Positions 1 through 13,103 are shown, counted from the first letter of the whole stretch. The stretch is DNA of 63,572 nucleotides, filler included, from Olpidium bornovanus S191 (GCA_017911155.1; 30 parts of 30 records of this genome joined end to end with filler, not necessarily neighbours in it), one strand, 5' to 3'. Translations and numbers: made by a program. Notes: generated from the letters alone by a model not told the origin.

Positions 1-1662
1 CATGAGTTGGTCAAGTTATAAATTACCGTATTACCTAAATATAAAAATATCGTGTAGAAACCATAAATACGTGATAATACTATTGCATTCGTAGTATGCA
101 TTAGTGAATACATAAACTAAATATATTAACATAATTCGATTTGTGCGTACAGTTAACCAAACAACGGATGAGGAGTCGGTCCAGTTGTTCATAATGCGTA
201 CAACCCGACAACGGCTTCCGGCGAGGGAAAAATGGGAAGAAGAGATGGAGGAAATTGGGATAGCAAAGCACTACATTGGGGGTTGCGTGCACGCAACGCC
301 CTTCCGGAGTTCACTTCACATCTGGCTCCATCACTTTAGAGTAACTGACAACACTCTGCGGGCGCCATCCGCGTCGGCTGCCGGCGGGTCAACAAAAATC
401 AACCGAAGTACCCGAAAATCTATCCAGAAGTTACATGGCGCCCAATTCTCGACGAACAGGGCGTGTTCCAACGCCGTCAGCAACTTTTGCAGGGTCACGC
501 TAAGACGTCGCTGCCTCACTTCGCGCAATGTGAACTTCAGCAACGGACACCATGGCCTGGATCTGCCGGCTGAGCAAAGAACGGAGACCATGAACTGTGA
601 ACGTCGCGCCCGGGCGGACAAATGGAAAAGCCGGATTGGAACATGTCATTAGAAGCCCCAGTACACGTCCTCGGACGAACAAACACACCGGCAGAGTCAG
701 AATAGAGATATCGTCATCGTGGGAAGCAAGAAAGATCTGCGAGTCCGACCCCTCTCCCGATTCAGCACCACCCGGCGACGGTGGAAAGATCACCGTCCAC
801 ACGCCCGCAGTCAATCGTCAATCCTTTCTGCTGCCCTCCGGATTCCGGACGAACCAGAAAGGAGGTTTTGCAAATAAAGAAAATCGGGTGACGCGGGAAA
901 CCAGTAACTCCCTTTCCAGGGACAGCACCGGGGAGCAAGAAAACGGACGGGAAGCGCCGGACAGCAGGTCCCCACCCGCGGCCGGGGGAATCAAACCACC
1001 GAAGACCGTCACCAAGGAGAACCCTTGGGAGACAGCCTCTGATAGTTTTCCCGGCAGGGTGTGCCCACTAAATGAATGGATTATCTAAATATCATCACGC
1101 CTGCCGTGGAAGGTACGTTGGGGGGTTATGGACTGCACACCGCGAGTCCGACAACGTACCAAATGCCCAAGTGTCCGTTCTAGGACTTCGGTCGGCCAAG
1201 GACTTTCTTCCAGTCGGAGAAAAAGAAGGGCGAAGAAAGCCTTCGACTTGGAAATAAAAAAAGCGGTCGCAAAATGGAGAAACGCGAGGGTTCACACGAA
1301 GGTAACGGTGGCCGGTTTGGGCACCCGCGAAATGGAACCCCCCCCTCTGGGGTATCGCCGGGGCGGCGGAAAAACAGTATCAGGGAATCAGTGGCAACGC
1401 GAGGAGGCCGGGACCAGCGAGCAGGTCGCCGGGAGTGCGGACACGGCGACGGACAAGGGTCATTTTGTTTCCTCTGGGTGCGGCGACCGGAAGGGGACGG
1501 GGATGGAAAAGTTTGTTTGTTTTTTGGTACCGGCGGGGATTTTTTGGTGGGCGGGGGGACCGAAGCCTTGTTTATATAGACCTGCCGGGCCACGTGATCC
1601 GGACCTTGATCCGAACCACGTCGGTGATAGCGCCACACCGCAACGCACGTAACCGGGAAACG

Positions 1663-3551
1663 ATGACACCGGCGGCAGTCGCAGCATCCGGCGCAGGGGG
1701 GCGCTCGGCGGCTTGCCTTCGCAGCACTGTGAACGCCGCGTGCAGGTCCCGCCTGTTTGCCCACCGCGTCCGCGCGCTCGAGTCACCTTTCTCCACCACC
1801 CCGAGGCGTTCTCATAACGCGAGATATGATGATGGGCGAGGGGAAGCAAGAGAAGGATCCGCTCCCTTTGCGTTCGCCCTTGATATAGACGGAGTGCTGA
1901 TAAAGGTGAGGCTCTGGCACCGAGGACCTGGAACGGTACGCATTGAATTACATACCCCCTGCCAACTAAAAGCGGGTTGTCTTTTGCGATTCAGGGACAG
2001 CGCGCGTTGCCTCGGGCGACCGAGGCCCTGGAACTCCTGAACGGCGGCAACCCGCAGAAGAGGTTTGCATGACCTCCGTTTCCTCGAAGGCAACGATTTC
2101 TCTTTTGCCGATGGCGCACGTTGCGGGACCGATCGCGGATACCGGTGCTGGGCGACGCGTAAGACTCATCGAACGGTACGCGACAGGCGTATTCCGTTTG
2201 TACTGTTGACGAACGGCGGCGGTGTCACCGAAGAAGTGAAGAGCGCCCAGATCAGTAACATTCTCGGGTTCGAGGTCCGATTCTGAGGGCGTCCCATTCA
2301 TATACCGTCCTTCGCCCTACCGCTTCGTCGGGCTGCAAATTTACGCTGCGGACGTCGCGTTTCGTCCAGATACACCCGAGTCAGATTGTCCTCTCGCACT
2401 CGCCGATGCGCGAACTTGCCCCCAAATACGCTGATGACCTCGTTCTCGTGATCGGCGGAGCCGGGGAATCGTGTCGGGAGATCGCGCACGCGCTTGGTTT
2501 CCGCAGGGTGGCGCTGACGGAAGACGTGCTAGAATGGAACCCATCGGCATGGCCTTTTGCCGAACGCCTCCCGAAGAGAGCGAGCTCCTCGCCGAGATTC
2601 GACTTTTCCAAAGAGAACTTCGCCGCCATCTTTATGTTCCACGACTCGCGACACTGGGGTCAGGACCTTCAGATCAGCCTTGATATTTTGAGATCGGACG
2701 GCGGACGCTTGGGGACGCTCTCGCCCAGTCATCAGAACTGCCGCCCCGACAAGCATTGCGTCCAGTCAGTTCCGCTCTACCTGTCGAACCCGGACGTCCT
2801 CTGGGCAAACGACTTTCCAACGGTTCGCATGGCTCAGGGGGCGTTTCGCGTATGTCTCGAGAAACTCTATCAAGTGAGGCGGGCAAAACCCCCATAATCG
2901 AAGAAGCAAACAGAAAAGTCCGCGAGCACCGTGGCTAACCTGCGAACAGGATATAAGCGGTTCGCCGTTGAAGTACACACCGTACGGGAAGCCGATAAAG
3001 CCGACGTATGACTATGCCGAAAGGATGTTGGAGGGCCTTACTGGAACGAAGATTTCGTCGGTGGACCAGACGACGGGACGCAAAATCCGCCACATCCCAA
3101 TTTACGGTACGCCGGAAGGAGTGTCATCAACTTTTTGGCGCCGCCTGTCGCGCACTGCTAATCTCCGGCGAGCGCCGCTTTTGACCCTCACATGTGACAC
3201 ACGCGCTATCAGCTGTGGGTGACAATCCAGCGTCAGGTACGAGGGCAGATAAACTGGCGGACACCTTGCCGATTGCGAAGTGAACTGTTGCGCGGTATAG
3301 ACTTATAATTCTCGACTCTTCGCCCCAATCTTATGTAAGACATTGCCGGAGCGAGGCAAGCGGGCTGGCGTAGCTTTTTGGTTCGAACGGGAGTGTACAA
3401 CTCTCACTCGGATGCCAGGAAAGAAGAAGGAAGACCGTCGGAGATAGGAGAAGAGTTTCCTGAAGACGAGGCCGCCGGCGGTACAGATTGGGTAGTAGAT
3501 GACGTCTACGACGCCGTAAGTTTTGCTCTAAAAAAAGAGGGCGTTATGTAA
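1663..3551 (+). CDS. HDHD5: HAD-superfamily hydrolase subfamily IIA, CECR5/HDHD5-like (yeast YKR070W family), probably mitochondrial; complete, 7 exons
   Basis: Manual splicing gives an Arg/Ala-rich N-terminal presequence, motif I FAFALDIDGVLIK, IPFVLLTNGGG, SNPDVLWANDFP, YGKP..PTYDYAE, AVGDNPASDIAGA and WRSFLVRTGVY, ending TAA 3549-3551. GT-AG introns: 1906-1994, 2063-2186, 2275-2369, 2874-2949, 3107-3212, 3237-3339; all keep the frame. Confidence 0.92.
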
Positions 3552-3724
3552 GATCATATAACTTTTCACCAAGCCATCACGCACGCCATTTGGCCGACCA
3601 CTGCATGTACATTATGCTAGCGGGGCAACTTAGAACGGAAAGCGACCCTTCGCCTCCTCTCGGTGGGTTGGTCGTTATTTGTCAAGCCAACCACACGTCT
3701 CATCGCGGCCCGGCCTCCCTCATC

Positions 3725-3824
3725 NNNNNNNNNNNNNNNNNNNNNNNNNNNNNNNNNNNNNNNNNNNNTTAATTAATTAANNNNNNNNNNNNNNNNNNNN
3801 NNNNNNNNNNNNNNNNNNNNNNNN
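3725..3824. other. Artificial contig linker (44 N + TTAATTAATTAA + 44 N); first of 29 copies that split the window into 30 contigs
   Basis: An identical 100-bp spacer with stops in all six frames recurs with TTAATTAATTAA at 3769, 5531, 7497, 9153, 11244, 12692, 13959, 15732, 17915, 19081, 21024, 24262, 26013, 27553, 29372, 30945, 32289, 33487, 34755, 36973, 42960, 46277, 47600, 49322, 50611, 53003, 54583, 58820, 60530. Confidence 0.99.
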
Positions 3825-4314
3825 GCCCCCCAACCCCCCCCCCCCCCCCCCGGGTCCTCTCCCCTAACCGAAGAAACACGTTTTTTTTTCCTCCGGATAA
3901 TGGTTCCTCTTGTTTTTTTTTTTTTTACCCTCGCCCGGGCGCGGTCATCGGGTTTACGGATGGAAAGGTGTGTAGAAAAAAAGGGGGGGCGCAGCCAGGG
4001 GCAGCACGGATAGAGCTCCTACACGAATTACTTCCCGCTTTCCCCTTTTTGTAGAATCCGCACGGAATTCCAACATAAATAGGCGCGGAATCCGTAGAAC
4101 CAAAACACCAAGAAGAAACAGAGCAGAATTCTCCTTTCCTAAAATCCTCCCGCGGCCCCTTTGGATTTCCTGGGGTTCCCTCCCGAAGGCATATTTTACC
4201 ATAAGGCGGGAAGCGGTGCCGTTTGGCGCGTGGTAAGCAGCGACTTGGGGGAAGCCCGCCGCGCGTCCGTCCTGCTTTTTTGTCGCGACAACTTTTTTTT
4301 TTTCCCCCCCCGCC

Positions 4315-4355
<41 letters not shown>

Positions 4356-5586
4356 AGGGGGGGGAAGGCGTCGGGAGAAAGCCCGGTCAGAAGACTTTCC
4401 GGGCCCTTCGCAGGCCGTGCGGGTTCGCCCGAGGCGCCGCGAGGGAAGCCCCGCTTGATGAGGCGAAAACGGCCTCCGTCGGATAAAAAAGAACAAAAGG
4501 TCCTGTTGGACCAGACAAACGGCCTGTGTCCGTTTTCCGCCTGCAGGACGGTCGCGGTTTCTGCTCGCGATTTCTTTCCGACGGTCGCGCGTGCTCCGCG
4601 GCCCCGCCCGAACGCGCCCAGGCCCGTCCCTAACAGGTCCCCTCTCTCTCAACCGACAGCATCCATCGTGTATTAGAAGGGCTTTATAAAAAAAAAAATC
4701 AAACCGAAGGAAAGAAGGAATTTACAACCTGCAGGAGGGAAGCGCGCAAGGGGGGTGGGGAAAGGAAGGAGAGGGAGGGGAGGGGGTTAAACCATACAAA
4801 ACCAGATGAGAAAAAAGGGAAATAGACAAAATGTAGAAGAAAAAAAAGGAGAGGGAAAATAAGCAAGAGAAAACAACAGGAAAACCACCGAGAGGTCTGG
4901 AGTTTATGCATACACGGAAAGTACGAAAGGCGGCAAAAAAAAAAGAAAAACGAAAGTCGTCCTGGCGTGGCCGACGACGGGGGGGATGGCGGCGACAGAT
5001 AGAATCGACGGTCACCGAAAAACTGCGGAGGGAGGAGGGGGAAAAAAAAAAAAAAAATCGGAGAAACTCACGGACAGAGAGCGTACTTACGAGGAGGGAT
5101 GCAGAAAAAATATATATCGGGTGGGGTTTGCGGTACTGGTGGGGTATCGTTTCGGAGGTACGAACGTAATGTGGGGGAGGGCAAATTAAGGAACAAGAGA
5201 TAGGACGGGAAGGGGAAAGGAGGAAAAAGAAGAATATCAGTGCAATATCGTTATGGAATACAGAGATAAGTATCCTAACGGCGGGTGTAAAAAAAAAAAA
5301 AAAATAAAAAAGAACCGGACAAGGTCGAAGAACAGGCAGGAAGACCGCGACGAGGTTGGGAAGCGGCATGCAAAAATAACAGGGGGAAAAAAGGGAAAGA
5401 AAAAAAAATACAATATGAGAGCGATACATAAATCAGGAGGAGGGCTATCCAGAAAACCTGTAATCTCAAACGTGCAAAATGGTACCNNNNNNNNNNNNNN
5501 NNNNNNNNNNNNNNNNNNNNNNNNNNNNNNTTAATTAATTAANNNNNNNNNNNNNNNNNNNNNNNNNNNNNNNNNNNNNNNNNNNN

Positions 5587-6290
5587 CCGGCGAAGGGTGA
5601 TGGTTTTGCGGCGGATTGTGAGTCACTGCCGGAAGATTCAGATTGCAGCGTGTCGGGGGCGGCAGATGGCGCTTTCGCGCCAAACGCGAAGCCGGCGAAG
5701 GGTGATGATTTTGCTGCGGATTGTGAGTCACTGCCGGAAGATTCCGATTGCAAAGTGTCGGGAGCGGTAGATGGCGCGTTCGCGCCAAACGCGAAGCCGG
5801 CAAAGGGTGACAATTTTGCTGCGGACTGCGAGGCGCCGCCGGAAGATTCACACTGCAGAGCGTTTGGGACTGTATGCGGAACTTTCGCAAAAGAGAGGCC
5901 GGCGAAGGGAGATGGTTTGGCTGCGGACTGCAAGGCACTCCCGGAAGCTTCACGCTGCAGAGCGTCGGAGACGGTAGGCGGTACGTTGGAACCGAACGAG
6001 ATGCCGGCTAAGGGCGACGGTTTCGCTGCGGCCTGCGGACCACTGCCTGGAGATTCACACTGCGCAGCGCCGCGGACGGTAGATGCAGCGTTCGAGCCGA
6101 ACGAGAAGGCGGCGAAGGGCGATGGCTTTGCTGCAGACTGGGGGGCGCCGCCGGAAGATTCAGTTTCGGGGACGGTAGGCGGGGCTTTCGGGCCAAACGA
6201 GAAGGCGGCGAATGGCGACGGTTTTGCTGCGGACTGCTGGTCACTGCCGAAACCCTGCGGAGCGCTGGGGACGGCAGACGGGGTTTTCGA
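5587..6290 (-). repeat. Coding tandem repeat, about 105-bp (32-35 aa) unit, about 6.5 copies, consensus SAAKPSPFAGFxFG
   Basis: GAAGGGTGA recurs at 5592 and 5697 (period 105). The translation shows repeated ESSG..QSAAKPSPFAxFxFG units. Confidence 0.9.
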
Positions 6291-7075
6291 GCCCAACGGG
6301 AAGTCGACGAAGGGCGTTGTCTTTGATACGGATTGGGAGGCACCGCCAGATGTTTCACCGGATACAGCGAATCCGGCAAAAGGAGATGAGGTTGGACGGC
6401 TGGCGTCTGCTGCCGGCGAAACGGCCTATTCAAGCAAAAGAAAAAAAAATACAACGCTCTGTTGACAGCAACAACGATTCGATGTCGTAAGGTAGTGGCC
6501 GCCGTACACACCATGTTCTGAAAAGCGGCACGCTTTCGTCCGACGCCAAGCCTGTCGAGGCCCACAATCCTGCGTAAATGAAAAAAAGTGGGAATAAAAG
6601 CGCATTCAGAAAGTAAGTGGGCCGCAGCTGGGACGACGTGTCGGCATGGCGCACTTTCTCTCTCTGGGGTTCACGTTCGAACCACTAACGTACTTTCGCT
6701 GCCGCTGCACCTCTGCGGATGCCATCTTGAAGTGCTATTGGTGTCAACGGGCGTTTGACGGCACGAAAGCGCCCGATCCAACCAACCACCCCCCAAAAGA
6801 TCGCAAACACGCCCGCAGCGCGCCGGCGCACAAGAGAAGGAAGTCAGATTTCCCCAACCGGGTTTCGACGTTGCTGCGAAGCCGCAGCCGTTCGGGTTTT
6901 CCGTTCCGCGGCGGCAGAAGAGAAATAACCGCACACTCACTCCTAGTTCGTTATTAGCCCGTTTTCCCCCTGCTTTGTTCTCGTCTTCCTCGCCCTCCTC
7001 CTCCAAGTGCCTGTGGCCAGGCGGGCCCCTGCTCGCGTGGTCTTCCCCGTCATCGACCGCCCTCCTCTTGACCAT
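5587..7075 (-). CDS. NUP2: Nucleoporin Nup2/Nup50 (N-terminal NUP50 domain + FxFG repeats); 3' partial
   Basis: Exons 7075-6941, 6734-6694, 6569-6512 and 6425-<5587 splice in frame to MVKRRA...NNELGHFKMASAEVQRQRKIVGL. This matches the Nup50 N-terminal motif (MAKR...GTFSxASEEVLKNRxI) and is followed by SPFAxFxFG repeats. The expected C-terminal Ran-binding domain lies beyond the contig end. Confidence 0.85.
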
Positions 7076-7552
7076 CCTTGCGACTTACGGGGCGGCTCTC
7101 GGTCTTGGGTCTGGGTGGCGGTGCCGGGAAGAAGCTACGCCTGAGCGCGTCATCGCCGCCCGCCGTCACGTGAGCTGCCCGGCCCGCGGGGAGACCGGGA
7201 GCAAGGTAGAAAACGCCGAGTAGAACTTAAATGCGTGCCAAGTAACCAGCGGCAATTGACACATCCGGCAATGCACAGTCTTGGAACCACTTGTGTTAAC
7301 TCCATGGCTGGGCGCATCAAATGCGGGACAGTGGCGTTGGCCGGTGTACGAGGGGCTATCTGCCGCGGCGTAGATTCCGAAGGGCGAAGTTTCTGACCCA
7401 GTCAAACTCGTCGGTGACAATGCCAGGCGCGAAAGTTGTGTTGTGGTCATGANNNNNNNNNNNNNNNNNNNNNNNNNNNNNNNNNNNNNNNNNNNNTTAA
7501 TTAATTAANNNNNNNNNNNNNNNNNNNNNNNNNNNNNNNNNNNNNNNNNNNN

Positions 7553-8992
7553 AGCTCGAGCATTCCGAGGAGGGCTCCGTCCGTAGGGTCCAGACACTGG
7601 TGCATCATCTTGACTTCTTCTGGATTTCGCCGGCACGCCGGAACCGGCGGTTACGCCAGTATTCGTCCGCATGACGGTGTCATCGGCCCCATCGAAAGAC
7701 CTTGCCGAGCGCGCTAAACCGGAGACTGCCGCGAGGTTTGGCAACGTTTGACCGTCCTGCGTTTTTTTCATTGTTACAAAAAAAAAGAGAAAAACAAGAT
7801 GTCAGCGCTGCATTGTCGCCACCATGGCGCGCCCGCAAGACTTTGCGGGATCTCTTCGTACCGGTATCGGGCAGTCGATGGATGTTGAGCCGGAGGTGGA
7901 TGGGATTATTCCAAAAGTTTTGAGGGGAAACATGTGTATCCGTATGGAGTACTCGATCTGGAGGGCCGTCTTTTGGCCGCCGAGGAGGCCACAGGAACTG
8001 GCGACGTACAGGATGATTTTGCTCCCAGGGTCGTTGGCGGGGGCGTAGGCAACCGTCACAGGGAAAACAATTAACTGGTCCGAGTTCCTCGGAACAGCCA
8101 CGTTATCGAGCTTGCCGGAGCCGACCTTGGAGGAGGACACGTCCTTGAAGACTGCGTCGCCCTCGACCTGGTCGAAACTGGCCCCGATTATGTTGGGGTT
8201 CTTTATTCGGACTCTGAGTCCGAAATTGAACTCGAACGACAGGCCGTTCATTGTGAACGGCGCCGTGCCGTCCGAAGGCCCCTGCACTCCCTCAGTGGAA
8301 ACCTCCGGGGCCCGCAAGGACTTGACGCATATGACAATGGCGGCAATGAGCAGGACGAGCAGGAGGCAGCAGCAGCCGCAGCACGCCTTGCACCACCAGG
8401 AGGCTCCTTTCTTCGGTTTGCCCCTCTCCGCCACTCTCGCCGGCATCGGATTTTGCGGCGGATTTGCCGCCGGCGGGGGCGGCGTCTGCGCCCATTGATG
8501 CGGACCGCCGGGGGGGATTGCGTAAACGTAACCGACCTGCTGCGGAGGAGGAGGATGAGGGAAAGGAAGAGGCGTCCCGCCCAGATCCGGCTGCGAGATC
8601 TGCGGGCTGTGCAACGGCGCCTCCTCCCGAGGAACCCCGTACGGAGCCTGCGCATAATGCGTCCCGGGCACGCCCCGCGGCGGTTCCGCGTCGCCCGGCG
8701 GGCGCGCGTTTTGGTACGATCCCGAGTGCCGCGGGCCGGCGGCGTGCGCCCACACCTGCTGGTGATCTGGCACGTCGGCGTTTTCCCACCACACGGGCGG
8801 CAGCGGCCCGCCGTCCGGCGCGGCCTGCGCCGCGACATACGACGACCGCTCTTGAAATGCGGCTCCCGATTCGTGGTGCCGGGCAGGAGAGCCTGCGCCG
8901 CCAACGCTTTGGGCATCGGTATAGTGAGCCGCGGCCGGCGTCCCCTGGAGTCGCCGCTCGTCCCCGGGACCGTGATCGCCCGCCTGGTCCAT
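7553..8992 (-). CDS. Single-pass membrane protein with LEA_2/WHy-like domain; Pro/Gln-rich N-terminus; 3' partial
   Basis: The ORF runs from a disordered N-terminus into WWCKACCGCCC, a hydrophobic helix LLLVLLIAAIVICV, and the LEA_2-type pattern RVRIKNPNIIGASFDQV...KVGSGKLDNVAVPRNSDQLIVFPVTV. A GTACGA donor follows CPIP, and a further exon (DGQTLPNL...) runs to the contig end. Confidence 0.7.
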
Positions 8993-9314
8993 GGGAAACG
9001 GCCGCGAGGACTAAAGCGATTTGGACAGGGGGCAATTGGTTCCCTGGCGACCGTAGCGGTGGTGACGCCGGCCCGTCCGGCCACCGCAGCGCAATCGTGC
9101 GGGGCCCGNNNNNNNNNNNNNNNNNNNNNNNNNNNNNNNNNNNNNNNNNNNNTTAATTAATTAANNNNNNNNNNNNNNNNNNNNNNNNNNNNNNNNNNNN
9201 NNNNNNNNCGGGCGGGCGGGCGGGCGGGAAAAGAGAGAGAGCCCGCCGGCCACGAGGCGCGCGGGCTTCTTCCGTCTCGCCTCCCCCGCCACTGCCCTGC
9301 CCTGGTTTGACCGC

Positions 9315-9514
9315 CTCTCTCTCTCTCTCTCTCTCTCTCAGGCAACTGTGGGTTTCTCCTTTCGTCGACTGCGGCGACTCGGGCGAAGCGACGCTCCGAC
9401 CGACTGCAGGCCCAACGCCGCACCCACGAACGCGCGCCGCGCCCTCCCCCGCTCGCCCTGATCACACACATACACACACACACATATACACACACACACA
9501 TACACACACACACA
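9315..9514. repeat. (CT)n microsatellite 9315-9339 and interrupted (CA)n 9463-9514; a further (CA)n at 9892-9932
   Basis: Directly visible dinucleotide arrays. Confidence 0.95.
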
Positions 9515-9982
9515 AGACGCCCGCGACCCGTGTGGACGAACGGCCGAGGAGAGGCGAAAGAGCGGCCGTGAAGATCCCCGACCGGCAAAACCTCATCCGG
9601 AGCTACTCAGCGAAGCGCAGAAAACCTCGCCCTGACGCAAAAGTCGGTCCGAGCACAAGGTTCTGAGCAATTTGTGATGCAAATTCTCAAATTCTCACAA
9701 AAGGAAAAGTCATCGTAAATAACTATGACTATACTTCTCCCCATGAGGCGGACCTTGATGCACCGTGGGGTGACCGGCGACGAGTCTCGAGGACCAAAAA
9801 CCAGTCGTGTGCTCGCGGAAATCTCCTAATGCAAGCACGAAGTGCTGCTGTCATTTTTTGGGCTGCGGATCACCACCTCTTAAAACAATCCCACACACAC
9901 GCACACCACACACACACACACACACACACACAGATATATACCGCGTTTGTCACAGAACAGTCCCGGCCTTGTCAGTCGACGA

Positions 9983-11199
9983 TCAGGATGATATACGCGA
10001 AAAAACACTAAAAAGTGGGACAAGGAAACGGACCCGTACCCCCCCCCCCCCCCCCCCCCCCCCCCCAGAGCAATAGTTTTTAATTGTTAGTAACGCATGG
10101 GTCTGCCGACGACCCCTTGCCACGGAAGAAGCCGCGACTAGGGCGAAAACGGAACCTGCGCCGCGTGAGACGGTACCTCGGCTGCGTGACGGGATCAATC
10201 GGTTCCTCCTTGGCCTTCGCTCGGATAGATTCCATTGCGTCCTTGAGAGACGCCTTGTCCATGTCGTCCCTCTTCGAGAGGATGTCCTCGACGAAAGCGA
10301 GCGGCACGTCGTTGTACGCCTTCTTGAGGGAGTAGTAGTCGAGGAAGACCATCTTCTTGGAACTGCCCAGCAGCGTCTGCAGCTTGTGCAGGACGTCGAA
10401 CGCTTTCTCCACGCGTTTCGCGCTCTTGAACCGGCTGAAAAACTCGACGCTCATCGCGATGTCGGCGGTCATGCGGTCCAGCGCGGCGGGAATCCGGAAC
10501 TTGCTGCCCTTGTTGCGCATTGCCTCGATGTAAGACGCCAGGAATCTGTCCAGCATGTCGCCCGTCAGCTTGCTCAGGAGGTACTCCTGCAGGTGCTGCT
10601 GGTAGTCGGTCAGGTAGTCGTTGAGGGTGAGGATGATCAGGGACATGAGATCCCCGTCGTACCAGGGGCCCGTGAAGAGCTGGGCGAAAACGCCGCGGAC
10701 GTCGTGGAAGGCGATGTCGATGAGGATCTGGTCGGCGTGCCTCGCCACCTTCATGAACCCGTCGACGCAGCCGTTGAGCGCCTCGTTCATGCGCGGCTTG
10801 CACGCGTCTTCGATGACGCGGTCCATGCGCCGCGCGATGCCCTCCGCGAACTCGCCGCACCGCAGGTGGTCGTTCGCCACGGCGATCACGTAGTCCACCA
10901 GCCCGTCCGCTCCCTCCTGCGGCCGCTCGACCTGCTTGCGGAACTCGCTCTCGAGCAGGTCCGTCCACTTCTTCTGCGCGTCGCGCAGGCACGCCACGCA
11001 CTCCAGGATCACGTCCAAGAGCAGTTTTCCCCGGCTTGTCTCGCTGGCCAGGTCAATCTGCTGGTTGACCATCTGGAACATGATCACCGCAGCCTGCGTC
11101 CCGTAAACCCCGTTGGCGTCGGCCTCCGGCGGATTTTCCCGAGAGACGAAATCGCTCTGCTCCGTCTTCAGCAGGTTCGCCATCCACTCGTTGAGCTTC
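9983..11199 (-). CDS. SEC6: Exocyst complex component Sec6/EXOC3, C-terminal part; 5' partial
   Basis: The ORF contains GVYGTQAAVIMFQMVNQQIDLA, GLVDYVIAVANDHLRC, IILTLNDYLTDY and AFVEDILSKRDDM, typical of fungal Sec6. A last intron (GTACCG donor, ACTAAC branch point, TAG acceptor at 10008) leads to a 25-nt terminal exon giving PSVFSRISS*. Confidence 0.92.
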
Positions 11200-11335
11200 N
11201 NNNNNNNNNNNNNNNNNNNNNNNNNNNNNNNNNNNNNNNNNNNTTAATTAATTAANNNNNNNNNNNNNNNNNNNNNNNNNNNNNNNNNNNNNNNNNNNNC
11301 AACGTCCGCTTGTCGAAAACGAGCAAGGCGGCCGG

Positions 11336-11366
<31 letters not shown>

Positions 11367-13103
11367 ACGAAGCAGGCGGCAGGTCAGACAGCGCTAGTCG
11401 TCACGGGCGTTGCTACCATGGAATTCCTTTCGCCGCGGAACGTCCGCGAGCCCCTGCCACCCTCCCCAATGGTCTGCGCTGCGGGACGTGGGGACACGGC
11501 CGGCCCCCGCAAGCGTCCGACTTGCGGCGGTGGCGGGTGGCCGTGAGGTGGCTAGATCGCGGTGTGGCGGCGGTTGGCGGTCGAGCGAGGCGCGAGCGAA
11601 TTTTTCCTGCCCGCGCCGGCCCAAACACTTGCTGGCGAGGTTCGTAACACTCAACCTGCGCTGCAGCAAGCGACTTCGACTCCAACGCGGCCGGAGGGGT
11701 GCCCCCTGTGGTTGCTGGCGGCTTATGTCACTGTGCCAGCGGCGTGGCTCCGCAGCTTCTTGCCTCTCCCCCGTTTCTGGTCCCGCCGGCGTCCGCCAAA
11801 CTTCGCGGTCGGACGCCGACAAGGTGGAAGCGGACGAGACACCACGCGCCAGGCCAGTTTCTTCCGTATGTCGTGCCTAAGGCCTACCAAAATGCGGACG
11901 GCCGGCCTGGATGACCTCGCCGTTGCTGCGAACGTGGAGGTTGAGGTACCCACCGTACGACCAAGTTGTGAACTGATTACGGCGCGAACGTAGGGGACCG
12001 ACGCGCTCTTACCTAAGGCATGAGTCGCGGCAAGGCCTGCTGCGCGCTTGGGTCGAGTGCCAGCAAGAACGAAAGAAGGAAGCAAAAGCTGCCGGGACCG
12101 GCGCATAGGGAATACCGACTGCGAGCGTCCAAATTCCCGGGTTTCGCGGGCTAGCTCACTAAGCCGGACGCCCGGACGTTTACGCTCGCGGGAATCCGCA
12201 AAATTGACGACAATCAGGTGTTTAATAACACCGCCCGCAGCCTCCCCCACCCCCCTCTCCCCGCCCCCAGCAAGAGCAGAACCGAGCGGAACCGGGTAAT
12301 CGGGGAATGAAGTCTCGTTTGAATGGCAAAGGGTTCTTAGGGGCTCCAGGAACCTTCTCGTGCGACCAGGAACATTCAAACGTCCAAAGCGACAGGAACA
12401 CCTGATTGTGTTGTTTGCCTTTATTCAAAAAACAATCGGTGGTGTCAGTTATAAATTTTTGGGAATGCTCCACCCACAGGAGGGTGCAGGGCGTGTTCCG
12501 CTCCCCTGTTTCGACGTCCCGCTCGCGCATGCCTTCAGTTTCCACCTGCACCCCCCCCCCTTTCCTCCACCTCTTCCCTCCATCAGATTCCATTTCTGGC
12601 CCATTCCCACGCGTTACATTTATCCCTTCCCGCAGCGGAGATTTTTCNNNNNNNNNNNNNNNNNNNNNNNNNNNNNNNNNNNNNNNNNNNNTTAATTAAT
12701 TAANNNNNNNNNNNNNNNNNNNNNNNNNNNNNNNNNNNNNNNNNNNNACATGCCAGCCGAGTTGCTTACTGGTATGCGACCTCCGTTTCCGGTGGACTCA
12801 GAGATCGTTAGCTGGCCGACGAGGAAGACCAGGGACCGAGGCCGACGAAGACGACCCGCTGGTAGACGACAAGGTGACCAGAGATGACGAGGGGTTGATG
12901 GAGGTTGCGGGGGCGGAAGCCGATGACGTGGAACCCGACGGCGAAAGAACGACAGGGCCGGTTTTCCGCGAACGCGTGGAACGAAGCCCGCTGGCGGCGG
13001 TGGCAGAAGCGATCCGGCGAGTTGTTGAAGAGACGGAGGAGGAACCGGCAGCTAGCGGAACGACAGCACTTGACTGCCGAAACAAGTTCGTCAGTCCCGG
13101 GAG

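Noticed and set aside
1-140. AT-rich opening stretch as evidence of RIP
   Set aside because: It is too short and there is no second copy to compare.
3769-3780. TTAATTAATTAA palindrome flanked by N runs, repeated 29 times, as a biological repeat
   Set aside because: It is an identical six-frame-stop spacer of fixed 100-bp length, i.e. an artificial concatenation linker.
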